Assembly: GCA_028534125.1 (NCBI GenBank)
Contig: CM052832.1
Span: forward strand, 11,348,001-11,412,000
Origin: Lama glama
Taxonomy: Eukaryota
Direction of reading: 5' to 3'
Length of the DNA stretch: 64,000 nt
Position numbers and translations under genes: made by a program. Positions within the stretch are counted from its first letter, which is position 1. The number at the start of each line of letters is the position of its first letter. The notes under the pieces were generated by a model that did not search any database, was not told the origin of the DNA, and worked only from the letters and a program-made list of their open reading frames with translations. Positions 25,531 to 38,009 of this stretch are shown one piece after another.

Positions 25531-25919
25531 CTTGTAGTTCTTATTTACTATTCTGCCTCTTTTACCTTGAAGATGAGGCATACAGACCAATTTTGGTAGG
25601 ATTTTTTAAATCTGGCATGATTTACTCTCGAGTTTTTATACAAATTTCCCAGTGACTGAAAACATAATAATACTGTATCCAATTCTGTACAATTTATATC
25701 ATCTATCCAAAAATTACAGAGTTCATCATAGTATGTTTTTGCTACATTTGCTTCATTCCATATTCACCATTTTTATACTGAATATTATGAAGATATGTAT
25801 TCTGAGCCCAAGGTTTGGGGGGGGTCACTGCATTTTGTATTTTTATTGCAGGCACAGCTCAGTTGTCAGATGTGCATTTTCTGCTAAGTGAAAGCTCTTT
25901 TTTTCCTCCTCCCCCACAG

Positions 25920-26063
25920 GTTATCGTTGCCCTTTCAGAAAAACACCGTTCACATATTCCGTACAGGAACTCCATGATGACCAGTGTCCTGAGAGATAGT
26001 CTGGGAGGGAACTGCATGACAACCATGATTGCAACACTCTCTTTAGAGAAAAGGAATATCGAT
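25920..26063 (+). CDS. KIF6: KIF6 coding exon (144 bp, probably exon 8), L12/alpha5 microtubule-binding region
   Basis: Strong pyrimidine tract cccccac[53 protein letters not shown]; donor GAT|GTATGT; kinesin HIPYR and DSLGG motifs. Confidence 0.98.
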
Positions 26064-26989
26064 GTATGTTGGTCCTTCTTTCTGGAGCTCTCAGTCTGAG
26101 TTTTTATTGCTAGTTTGTGAGATGGAATCAAGGGTCCTGGGTGGGTTTCCATCTACTCAGCTGGGTTAGGGTGTGCCTTCAGTGGTTCAGAGTTCAGATA
26201 ATTTGCCAGCATTATTATTACCCCATTTGAGAACTGACTTCACATAGCACAGCCTGGTTTGAAGAAAACCTTATACACAAATTTCGGAAGACCTGCTGAT
26301 GGATTATTTACCTCAGCCAGAGGCATGAGAGAGGAGACCCACCAGCTTCTCCTGATCTGTTTTGCTCCTGATTGCTTAGATGCCTTGGACACATCTCCAA
26401 GATGTGTCCCGAGACGTGTCCCTAGGCACCTCACCCAGGATGCTTGTCAGGGGCTGGCTACCAGATGGCTTTCCTGGATTGCTTTAGAGTCAGCTGATGT
26501 TTCAGGCATTTCAGCTTAACATTTGGGATTCAGACTTTCTCTAAGAGAAGAAAACAGGAAGTGGTAGGCCACCTCCCAAAACAAGGCCAAGCCCCAGGAG
26601 CATCATAAGATGCCTTGAAAAGCCTCTCTTTTTGGCCATTACAAATATTTATTTTGTACCCTTTCATATTTATGGATTATGGTATCTGCTATGATTATGG
26701 TTTGTCTATTTGGTTCTGGTTTGACAGATCAGTAGTTGACAAGCATATACCAATGGTCATTTAGGACCTCAGGATCTCCCATACTTGGGGTATTACTCAT
26801 TTTATTAAGCCCAAACAAAATTTTAATGCAAAATAATGTTCCAGAGCAAAGCTCCCTAATTTGAAAGCATGTTTTCTCATTGTGTTTTATGCACATCACT
26901 CGTTAGGTGTACATGTTTTTCCTGTGAACAAAAATAAAGTTTTATCTCTCTATGTCATAACATTTTAAGGACTTACCTTGTTTCCTTAG

Positions 26990-27076
26990 GAGTCTATATC
27001 TACCTGCAGATTTGCACAACGAGTGGCACTCATAAGGAATGAAGCTGTTCTTAATGAAGAAATCGATCCCAGATTG
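26990..27076 (+). CDS. KIF6: KIF6 coding exon (87 bp, probably exon 9), helix alpha6 and neck linker; not in the ORF track
   Basis: tttccttAG|GAG; hand translation ESISTCRFAQRVALIRNEAVLNEEIDPRL; donor TTG|GTAAGC; phase 0-0. Confidence 0.97.
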
Positions 27077-27149
27077 GTAAGCAACTTTTAACTGACTATG
27101 TTAAAAAAAAATCGAAGTATATCAAAGATGAAATAAAGCTTGTGGGGCA

Positions 27150-27370
27150 TTCACTCTTCCAGCCAGGCAATCTTCTAAATACTGCAAACATGTTAACTCA
27201 TTTAATTCTCACAACGACCTCATGTGTAGATGCCATCTCTATCTCCACTTTACAGATGACAAAACTGAGGCAGAGAATCTCAGTAACTTGAGCTGGGTCA
27301 TAGTGTCAGAAGTAGCAGAGCCAGGATTCAGACACAGACAGTCTGACTCCAGAGCCCCTGCTCTTATCTA
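27150..27370 (-). mobile_element. MIR, near full length
   Basis: ttaactcatttaattctcacaac...tttacagatgacaaaactgaggcagaga...gcagagccaggattcagacacagacagtctgactccagagcc. Confidence 0.9.
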
Positions 27371-29789
27371 CAGTCACCCATCATTCCCTCAGTTAGATGC
27401 ACAGTGAGTCCTAAGGACACAGACAGTAGAACCAGACACAGTTACATTTATATGCAGGTCGTAGCCTTTCAGAAAATCAGTTTAGCTTTCTAGAGACAAT
27501 AATAATAGATTATCTTTTATAAAAGCTTATAGAGAAAAAGAAGTCCTAATGGTTATTGAGTAGAACCATATTTTACATAACTGTTTGGTGACTTATTCTA
27601 GAGATTTGAAAAAAAATTAATAATTGGCTTGAAAATCAATAATTGGCTTGGAAAAATGGCCAAGCTTCTAGTTTTATAACAATGATTCCTTCTTTATCAA
27701 TGTGCTTGTTTTCAAGGAAGAATATTTGCAAGTTACATGATTCAGCTACTCGTCATAAATGCAGATTTTTTTTCTTTTCTCTATTTAGTCTTCTACAAAT
27801 AAAATGCAACAAAGGATTAACTCATGCCAGCAATGAAAATGTTGAAGTAAAATATTTCGATTTTGTAAAACTCTCAAGTTCAAATCATTCTACTTAAAAA
27901 AAATTTTCCCTGGAAAATAAGCTCGTGTAAGCTTGGTGGCATGCATTATGAAAAAGATGGGAAATCGTACCAACGGTGCTTCACTTACAAATTTCTCAAA
28001 TTCCCCCCACCCTCCAAAGATCTCAAATTCACTGTTACCCATATTAATTACTTCCTCTTGAGTGTTTGCCCTTCCTCCGTTGAAATTATGCCATTGAAGA
28101 GTAGAGGAAAAGGAGGACCCAGGAATAATGGGGTGACTGTTTCGTCAGTCCTGCCTGCCTCAGGGAGCCTGAGCTCCTCTGGTGGAATTCTCTTCTGGAG
28201 AAACTGCTGGGTGAGGCAGCATCCGTGTTCAGTCCAGGCCCTGGTCAGATCCCAGCATCACATGGTGCCCCCACTGGAAAAGGACACAATTCAAAGGCTG
28301 GAATCAAGTGGAATTGAACTCCTAGGATGAGTTTTTCTGCTGTCCTTACCCTGCCAGCAGCTTGGTGACACTGAGAAAGACAGGAATGGACTTACTAGCC
28401 TGAAGACAAAAATTACTTCATAATTGAAGGAAAATAAACATATTAGACATTGGAGGGTTTTTTCCCTTCAAATTTGGCTTAGAGAGACTTTTCTTTGAAG
28501 GAACTTGAAGAATGAAGAAAGACGAACATTATCATGTGTTTGATGTAGGTCTGTGAGAGATTTAAAGAAATGAGAAACCAGAAGTCAAAAGCTAATAGCT
28601 GATAATTGAACAAGTGTTGAGGTCTTCCTGCTGCAGAGTAATCTAGTAATTGACAAGTGTGGTTTTCCGATCTCCTTTATAATTGCTTCTAAAAACTGAC
28701 ACTACTGTTCATTATTTTATGTACAGAGCTTTTCTGAAGCACAAGTGACAATTGAAAAGTATTCTCAAAACCACTCAAAAATACAACTGGATGGGATATC
28801 CTGTATCTTACGCTTAAAATTTAATGGACAGTATGGAGCCAGCCCTGTAAGATCAGGATCACCAAGTATTTGACTTGCTTTCTTTACAAATATTGGTACC
28901 ATAGAGAGACAAGATGATAAAAGAATGGCAAACAGGCCAGAGTCTGTGGTGACTTGAGTGTGGGCCAAAATCTTCTAAGGATGGCTCTCATCCCAAAGTT
29001 CCTACAGTAATTTGATGGGAGATGTGACTGTAATAATCTTAAAATCATGAAAAGTTGGCTTAGTTTCGCAGTTTCTGTTCAATAAGACAGAAGATAATTT
29101 GATTAGACTTCACCTTGAAAGCTTTAGTAGAAGTGGAAAACGTGGCATCAATATTAATTTGGTAGAAGGAGGGCAAAAATGAATGACTCCCATAGTTCCT
29201 GTCTAAGGATTTTCATTCTGCACAGCTCGATAATTCTAAGAATGTTTTGGAAAAAGCAAACAGCTAAAACTCACTTAATCCCTGAGTTTAAATGACATTC
29301 TTGGAGCACTGACATATTTCAAAATACTCAGTGTCATGCTTGTAACATCTGGTCCTATTGATGTAGCACAGATAATGTGTAACCCACATACATAAAATAG
29401 AACAAGCATCTTTTGAAATACATATCTGAGGTTGAAGGAAGTAAGGGAATTCTCCAGGGCCTGGAAACAAGGCTGAGGCTGCTGTTGTCCTGGAGTAGAG
29501 GGGTGAAGGGGGTTGTAACAAAGGTATAGAAGTCAAAGCCTGGGACCTTGGAAGGTAGATGATGAATCTAAGACATCCTCCCCACTCTCCAACATAAAAC
29601 CAGCAGAAGTGTGAAGATGCCAGGGGTGTCTACGGGCATAGGAAGATGCTGGGCAAGCTTGTCTGCCTCGCCTGGACTCTAGTAGGACAAGATGTAGTTT
29701 TTCTCAAAATTTGAAATTCTAAGGCTCTGCCTCATATGGATTTGAAATTCAGATATTCATAGCTCCCTTAGTCTGGTAACCCCCAAGCC

Positions 29790-32700
29790 AAGAAGCTAGA
29801 AAATGAACAATAAAATAAATCCAAAACAATAGAAAGACAGAAACTAAAAAGTATAAAGATGAGTGAAAACAAAAGAGAAAGTGAAGATAGAGTAAAGAGA
29901 ACAAAACCTGAAGTTGATTTTTAATAATTAATAAGATGAACAGATCTCTGGAAAGATTCATGAAGAAACGAATAAAGAAGGCCGTATCAATACAATAATA
30001 TTTAAAATGAAAAGAGGACTTAACAGTAAGTATGTACAGTCGATATCTTAAAATAATAACAAAGTGCTTGAATGGCAATAAATTTGAAAACTTAAACAAA
30101 ATGGACAATTTCCTAGAAAAACATAACACTGAAACTAATGCAAAAAGAACTGAAAAACATGAATATATCTGCAACTAATACATAAATTGACTCAATAATA
30201 ACAAAGCTACCAAAAGGAGAGAGAGAAATAGAGAAAAAGGAAAGGAGGGAAGGAAGGAGAGAAGGAAGGAAGGAAAGAAGGAAAGACAGACAGATCAACT
30301 TGATGGGTTTTTTTTGTTTACCAAATATTGGAAGAAGAATAAAAATTGGATTCAGCCTGCTAATTTCTGTTTTAGGAACTTTGCCTTATGACCATATGAT
30401 CACTAATATAATATGTGGTATCATGACCTATCTGGATTTATTTCAGGAATTTAAGGATAATCTATCATTAGAAAATATACAAATTAATAGTAAAAGGAAA
30501 AAAAATGGGAAAAATAAATACTAAATTTAGGGTAGTGGTAATGGGGAATTCACTTAGGGGAGGCTATCCAGGGGTGAGGGCTTAATGGGAGTCTAATATT
30601 TTATTTCTTAAGCTAAGTAGTAGGTACATTGGCATTCACTTACGCTAAGCAGTAGGAACAAGGTATTATTAATACCTTTTGTATATCTGAAGTAGTTCAT
30701 ACTAAAAAGTAAAATCACATGAATTAAGGTGCTTCATCACATTCACAGTTTAAAAGAGAAAAATTATATGATCACATCACCTCATGCAGAAAAAGTATTT
30801 GATAACATTAAACATTCATCTGTAGTTTGAAAAGACTCATCAAACTATGAATGTAAGTGAACATCCCTAAAAAGATTAAGGGTTATCAACCCAAAACTAC
30901 AGCACACATTTTAAAGGTGAAATGTTAGAAGGAATAAGATAAGAATGTCTTAAGTACTGTACTCAGAGGTTCTAGCAAGGACAAAGGCAGGATTTTTTAA
31001 AACTTATGAGGATTGAAATTAAGAACATCTGTCATTACTTGCAGACAATGTGATTGCTCACATAGACCATCCAGGAGTGTTTTATAACAGATAAACAGAT
31101 AACCAAATTAATGTTGAGAAAATTATTTGCTATGTAATCCACGCATAAAAGTAAACTGCTTTCCTATACATCAAAAGCCAATAATTAGAAAATGCAGTTT
31201 TACAAAAATTCCATTTATAATGGCAACAAAAACTTTAAAATTCTGGGAACAAAATCTAATTTAAAACATGTAATATATTTATAGAGAAAACCATAAATCT
31301 GCATTAAAAGGAATCAGTGGAAGCCGTAGCATGTTCATGGATGTGATGATTCAATATCATTACTTTCATGTCTTACCAAATTAACCTTTTAATCAAATTA
31401 ATTTCCAGTTAAAACTTGAGGAGGACCTTTGGTAGAATTTTACAAGCCAGGTCTAAAATTTATATGAAAAAACAAGCCTATTTTGGAAGAGAACAAGATG
31501 GAAGGGGCTTGTTCTATCTAGATGCCAAAATTTCTTAAGATATAGTAATGAACGCAGTGTGGTATTGCCATGTGTATAGTCAAGAAGACAAATGTTTTTA
31601 ACCAATAGCCCAGAAAAAGATTTTTTATATGAAAGTATATTATGTAATAGAATTTAACAGCAAATCTTGCATGGTTAGCCCTAAAAAAATTTAAATTATA
31701 TCCACATCTCACACTTTCTGCAAAATAAAATCAACCTAAATTTGGAAGGCAAAGCTTGAAAACTTTTATAAGAACATACAGGCAACTATCCCTATGGCTT
31801 TAGGTAAAATAGATTTTCTTGAAGAAGACACAAAAATAAACTCATAACAAAAACAGTTGATAATGAAATATTGAAATTTAAAACTTTCATTTAACAAAAA
31901 GAACATCACAAAGTGAAAAACATGACCTAGGTTGGGAGAAAACCTGTGCATTGCATGTAGCTAACAAAGGGTTCACATCCAGAATATGCACAGAAGCCTG
32001 CAAATCAATAAGGAAAAGAAAAACAGCTCACCTGAAACATGGCAAGAATGTGAATAAATGATTCACAGAAGAGGAAAGCCCAACAGCCAATATACATGTA
32101 CAAAGATGATCGACCTCACTAATAATCATGAAGATACAGGTGAAAACTGGATGAGATGCCGTGTTACACCTCCCAGATTGGCAAAATTAAAGTGTCTGGC
32201 AATACTACACGCATAGTGACAAAAATGTGTGGAAACAGGAACTTAGGTATGTAGCTAATGAGAATTTGTACAAGTACTGTAAAGAGCAGTTTAGCAACAT
32301 ATGAAAAAGGGAAGATGCACTTACTCGACAACCACCCAATGCTAAGTGCACACTACAGAGAAGCTCTCCCATATGTGCCCAGAGATTTATAATGTTCACA
32401 GTAAAAATCCTAAATGTCCATCAACAGAAGACGTAGATAACATAAATTGTGATATATTCCTTTACTGAAATACTATAAATATCTATGAAAATTGATGAGC
32501 TACAGCCACAAGAAGCAATATAAATAATCTCAAAAACATAGTGTGAAAAAAAAAGACACGTTGCAGTTACGTGCAGCACGGTAATATTTACATAAAATGT
32601 AAGGCATGAGAAATGATATCATACATTACTTACAGTCACATCCATACATGTGGAGTAAATGTTTGAAAACATGCAGGGAAATGCTACCCACTAAATGCCA

Positions 32701-32905
32701 GATAGTTATCAGCCTAGGAAGCACAGAACGGGAACAGGAGTAAGGGGCTCTGGTTACATCAGTAATGTTTTATTAATTAAAAAAAAAAATCTAGGACTAT
32801 TCTGACAAAATGTTAAGATTTGACAAAACTGGGTGGTAGGTACAAGAGTGCCTTTTATATCATTCTCTTTACATGTTTCTATCCTTGAAATAGTTTATAA
32901 TTTTG
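29790..32905 (+). mobile_element. Old L1 (L1M) ORF2 to 3'UTR remnant, about 3 kb, sense to KIF6, with (GGAA)n at about 30230-30295
   Basis: aaatttgaaaacttaaacaaaatggacaatttcctagaaaaacataac, gcagaaaaagtatttgataa, aaatgtccatcaacagaag; many stop codons. Confidence 0.85.
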
Positions 32906-32981
32906 AAAGATGTACATTCTCTGTCACATAATTCCCCTGAAGGAGGAGCTGACATTTACTCTCCTGCTTTGCCATTTGTAG

Positions 32982-33085
32982 ATGATTCTGCGCCTACAAA
33001 AGGAAATCCAGGAGCTGAAGGATGAACTGGCCCTTGTTACGGGGGAGCAGAGGACAGAGGCGCTCACAGAAGCCGAGCTCCTTCA
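32982..33085 (+). CDS. KIF6: KIF6 coding exon (104 bp, probably exon 10), neck coiled coil; not in the ORF track
   Basis: gccatttgtAG|ATG; hand translation MILRLQKEIQELKDELALVTGEQRTEALTEAELL(Q); donor CA|GTAAGC; ends in phase 2. Confidence 0.96.
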
Positions 33086-34254
33086 GTAAGCCTGCAGACT
33101 TTTTCTCTTTTCCTTTTCAACAGAGCAAGTTTGTGTTAACTTCTTTGTTGGCCCTCATGTTATGAATTCACCTCAAAGCACGAAGGTCTCCTGGGACGGT
33201 CTGAAATTGCATTTAGGCGCCAGTTAAGAGTGGCGGCTTTCCATGAAAAGCTGGATAAGGCTGGCAGTGTTTTTGCCGCCTCAGCTTTGAGGAAGCAAAG
33301 AACAGAGCGTAGAGAGGTTGGGAATATCCTTCTCATGCCGGCTGAAGAAAAGGGATTGTATAATGGTCGTGCGATTTTAAAACATATACACCGAACACTC
33401 TTAAGCTGTGGATCTCAGATCTGAAAGGAATTCAAGAAACGTCCTTTGTATTAAACAGCATCTTGCTGCAGGCACCAATTTATCCCATGCCAAAGTAAGC
33501 CCTCTCCTTTCATAAATAGGTGGCCCATATATTGCATTTCAGACACCCAAAATGGGAATGAAAGCAGGTATTCAGAGCTTTATACAACTGCGGCATCTTT
33601 CAGAGCCTTCAGATATGCAGCCTCATGGCATACGGGTGGCTCAGCCTGGACCTCGTGTTCTCTCTGGTCGTGAGTCACAGTGATGGGCTCTCTTGTTTCT
33701 GTGCTACTTGTTAAGCATTTGTGGAGTGGTAACAACAGAATAGGCTTAGAAGGCAGAGGTATTCTCTATTTCCAAATAAGAAATAGAGCTACACAAGATT
33801 TTTCTAAAGGTTTACTGTCATGTGACCTGACCCTCTCTCAACAGAGAAAATGGTAACTAATAGAGATGATAAAAAGTATTTTCTTTAAACTAGCTCATGG
33901 CTGCCCCTGGAGGTGGGTCTAAAGCTTGAGAAGCCTTAAGCAAGGTTTCTGTTATATTCAAAGCCTTCCTCCTCTAGGATAGCATTTCCTAATTCTAGAA
34001 CGCTGTGTTTAACAATATGATAGGCCCCTCAGGCTTTCCTTACAGAACTGCTTTGTGGCGTATACGCGATTAAAGTGAAATATATTGCCAAAATTTACAT
34101 GTCAAATAATTTCATGTCACCCCTTGGAATAACGTGGGATATCTTAGATATTGAGAAGCCCACGGTTAAAATTCCCTGTGGTGCCCTTTCCCCTCAAAGA
34201 AAGGAATTACCCATTATTATCTTTGAAGATGTCTCTTCAGAATTTTAATCTTCA

Positions 34255-34720
34255 AATCAGGATCCAGCCAGGAAAACAAAACCATTCTAGACCTCTCAAC
34301 AAAAGGAACTTTAAGGAATTTATTGTACAGGAGATGGTATTGTGGGAATGCTGCAGCACCCCAGAAGCCAGGAATAGCAGCGCTCTGGCACCCCTCAAAC
34401 TGGAGGAACTCTGGTAGAAGGCTGTGTTACAAAGCCGGAGTGTGGTGCTGGCGGCAGGAGCTGACTTATGATGAGGGCTCCCTGACAGAAGCCAGGGCCT
34501 CTGAGGAGCCGGATGTGCTCTGGAGGCATCATGCCGGTAGGGAGTGCTGGCTTCTCCCACAGCCCCTCTACCAGTCCCCAGTAGCGCCTCCCACTGGCTG
34601 AACTTACCCAGAAGCCATTTGTCAACAGAGTCAGGGAGTGTAGTTTCCTGTGATGCAGAGTCAAACAAGGGAAAAGTGGGAACTGGACCTAATAGCAAAC
34701 TTAGGAAAATAACCAACATA
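34255..34720 (-). mobile_element. Old MaLR-like LTR
   Basis: atcaggatccagccaggaaaacaaaaccattctaga...ggaatttattg and gcgcctcccactggctgaac resemble old MLT1 members. Confidence 0.5.
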
Positions 34721-35429
34721 TCACTGGTACTTATCAGTGTTTCTCTAATTCCTGTATACTCTGTGTGTTGCTTAGAAGGCTCAGTTAAAGGATAAGATTC
34801 TAAATGTGGTGATTCAGGCTGTCAGACAGAGTAAGTAAATGCTGCAGTTTCCTTCCAAATCTGGGAGACTATAGAACTGATACAAAGAAACATTCTGATC
34901 TCTATCCATACCCAAGAATAAGAAGTAAACTTCCCAAGGGACTAGAGGCTTCAAGGAATTCCTGGGAGACTGAATGGTGGAGTTGAGTTAGGCAGGGGAA
35001 AATGATAGACCAAGTCATGTGCAGCACCAAGAAGGCCCCCTGTCTAGAAATGGTGACGCCTTGGAATAGGAGAGGGCTGAGAAGAGCCACTGAGGGTGTG
35101 ATGACGCTGTGGTAGTGGGGACAGTTTGTTCCTGTGAACCTGTGCATCCTTCCCTTCTCCCCCCAGTGTTTAGGTCAGTGTTTAGGACAGAGAAATTGGA
35201 AAGGGCTCCAGGTAGCTGATGATGTCCAGGACAAAGAGGGACCATATAAGCTCAGGAGACCAGCTGCTGTCTCCTGTTCTGCATCTCCTGTTCTCACTGA
35301 AAACACAAAGGAGCACAGGCACCCACAGCTGCTTCAGTCCCTCATGCAAGACTGGCTGCCCAAGTTGAGAGCTGAGAGTGTAGGAAATGTGAGCTCACAA
35401 TTGGGAATGACTAGAAATATGAGGACAGC

Positions 35430-36250
35430 CAACATCAAGAAAGACAAGAACAAGAAGTTTTCATAGCTTGGAGAGCTTCAGAACTAAGAAAGAAGACTGA
35501 TTACTAGCTTGAGAGATATAAAATGTGGTACTCCATCCAAGAAACAACAACATGATCAAGAGAAGGTCTTGAAAGTGAGACAGTGTACATGCTGCCATTA
35601 AGAACTTAATGATGGCCAAGTAGAATGAAAACAGAGGGGCAAATTAGTGAGCTAGGAATATCAAGACTAAGAAATTCTTCCAGAATATAAGATAAAAGGA
35701 GAGAGAGATAGAAAGTTTAATGAAAAGAATCCTAGAGATTTACCAATATCTAACAAAAAGGAGATTATGGAGGAGAAATAGCGATAATGTGGGGGAGCCA
35801 ATAGTTAAAAGAAATAATACCTAAGAACCTCTTAGACCTTAAAAAAAAAAGACATAAGACTTCAGAATGAAAGGGTAACCATGTAATAAGTAGTATAATA
35901 TTGTATAAAAATTTTGGAACCTCCAAATACAGGAAATAATCCTAAAAGTCATCAGAGAATAGAAGTATTACCAACCAAGACTCTGATTTTGAGAAGACTT
36001 ATTATCAACAACTCTGGAAACAAGAGCTTCTACTGCTAAAAAAAAAAAAAAGGACTGTGAATGGAGATTTCTGTATGTAGCCACATTAATATCCAAAGGT
36101 GAAGGTGAAACAAAGGCATTTTTCAGACTTACAGATTTTCAGATGGAAAGTTCACCACCCTACAGCCTCTCTTAAAGAGATCACCACAGGCTGTACTTTC
36201 ACAAAGAGAAAAATGCGTTAAAGTATAAAAACAGTAATAAGTAAATTTTG
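35430..36250 (+). mobile_element. Old L1 ORF1 / HAL1-like remnant
   Basis: agacttcagaatgaaaggg and gtgaaggtgaaacaaaggcatttttcagactta. Confidence 0.65.
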
Positions 36251-36549
36251 TTATGTCTTCTTTATGATATTTGATATTATATTATTTTACTAACTTGCCA
36301 TTTATTACATAAATATCTGTTTCTGTTTAGATTTATTGACATACAAATTGGCCATTCATAGGAGTTTGGAGGTAGAATGGAGAGAAATATAATGGTGACA
36401 ATAGATTTAAAACACTGACGGGCTGTTAGATCTTGGATTAGTTTCATAGATAACATTTGATCCATAGATAACAAATATGTAAATGTCAGTCGGAACAGAT
36501 TCTGCATAGACAGTATGTAGGATTGCCATTCGGTTTTCTGGGCAGTTGG

Positions 36550-36780
36550 TTCATTCATTCATTTAACATTTATTATTCATCTAGGATTCATAAAACTCTA
36601 CCCTATGTCCTGAAAGGAACACAGATGAACAAAAACCTAGATCCAGCTCTCAGTGGGTTCACAATTTAGTGGCAGTGACAGGCACAGGGCACAAGTAATT
36701 ATGATGCAATATATAAGTATTATGAGGAGATATGAATAAAACATGAGACTGCAGAGAGAATAATGATTAATTTTGAGCTC
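36550..36780 (-). mobile_element. L2 3' end
   Basis: ttcattcattcatttaacatttatt...acagatgaacaaaaacctagatccagctctcagtgggttcacaatttagtgg. Confidence 0.7.
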
Positions 36781-38009
36781 AGGAATCTTGTAAACTTTGT
36801 TCATGTTTTACTAATAAGTAAACTTCAACAATTCGCAATGAAATTGCTTCTCTGCTGTCAAGGTAAGTGTACTAGTAGCATTACATCTCATTAATGATTT
36901 CTGGTCAGCAGCTGAGGAGAACATGTGTCGCAAACAGCATCCATCCTGCCAAAGCAAAGCGTAGAGTTTCACAACAACCCAGTAACTGGTATTTCTTCAT
37001 GCTGACAGTGGAGATTATTCCGATAGCTTGGGGGTTCTTTTGTTATTGTTTTTGTTATATTGTTGTTGCAGTTGTATTTTGCCATAATTTGCTAGATTGA
37101 ATACTGGTACAGTATTCAAATTCATCAGGTTTAAGAGTCCTTTAGCATCTTACAGTAGAAGAGGTAAGTTAAAATTTGTGCCTAATATGGCTCTGCTGTT
37201 TAATATTATTTCATGCTTCTTTGTCTTCTGGCATCCCTGGACATTTACTTAGAAATGTGAATCAGCTTCAGTCCTCGCATTGCGCCCAGACTCCCGGGTA
37301 GTGAGGGTGGGAGGGGAATAGTGGTGTAGGAGAGAGACAGGGTTCCACAGCTCAGCAGGACAAAGTGGCAAGAGTGTTCTAGCCTGGTCTCCTTCTCTGT
37401 CCCTGACTCCTGGGCTTATGCTGACTGTCATGGCATGAGGACATTTCTATCAGGGATTCTGTGAAGGATGTCAGAGAGCAGATATTTAATAGATAATATA
37501 TTCTATGCAGTATGCATTGGACAGTTCAGAGATGTCTGTTAATACCTAGCCCTATCAAATTTTTTGAACTGTTTCCCAGAATTTCAGTTCTTAATGTAAA
37601 TATTTGTTGCATTGACTTGTATGCTTCGACTGAAGAGGATTTCAGATGTCAGCCTCCAGTTATTGGGATATTTTTAGTTTACATCTTTTTTTTTTTTTTT
37701 GCCTGTGTAAATTTGAAAAGAGACAGCTGGGTAAAGACTGTATAGCCAAGTTAATGTTTATACAGAAATTCTTGGGTGAAGATTTGATTCTGATTGATTC
37801 TGTAAACACATACCTCTTTTTCCCTCTGGTTTAAAAAAAAAAAAAAAGCCTGTATGCCTCTGGCTAGGATGGGAGCATGATTTCCTGACCCAAGTCTAAA
37901 TGAGTAGAATATTTTCTGCACAGCAACATTTTCTTTCTGAGATGGAACTGAATTGGATCTCATGGGCTCAAGTTTGCCCAAAGTAAATTTCCAAACATCT
38001 CGATCCTTT

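Noticed and set aside
26064..26989. U12-type (minor) intron
   Set aside because: The donor is GTATGT, not GTATCCTT, and there is no TCCTTAAC branch site.
34058..34067. 10-bp palindrome GCGTATACGC
   Set aside because: Dozens of 10-bp palindromes are expected by chance in 64 kb, and there is no supporting context.
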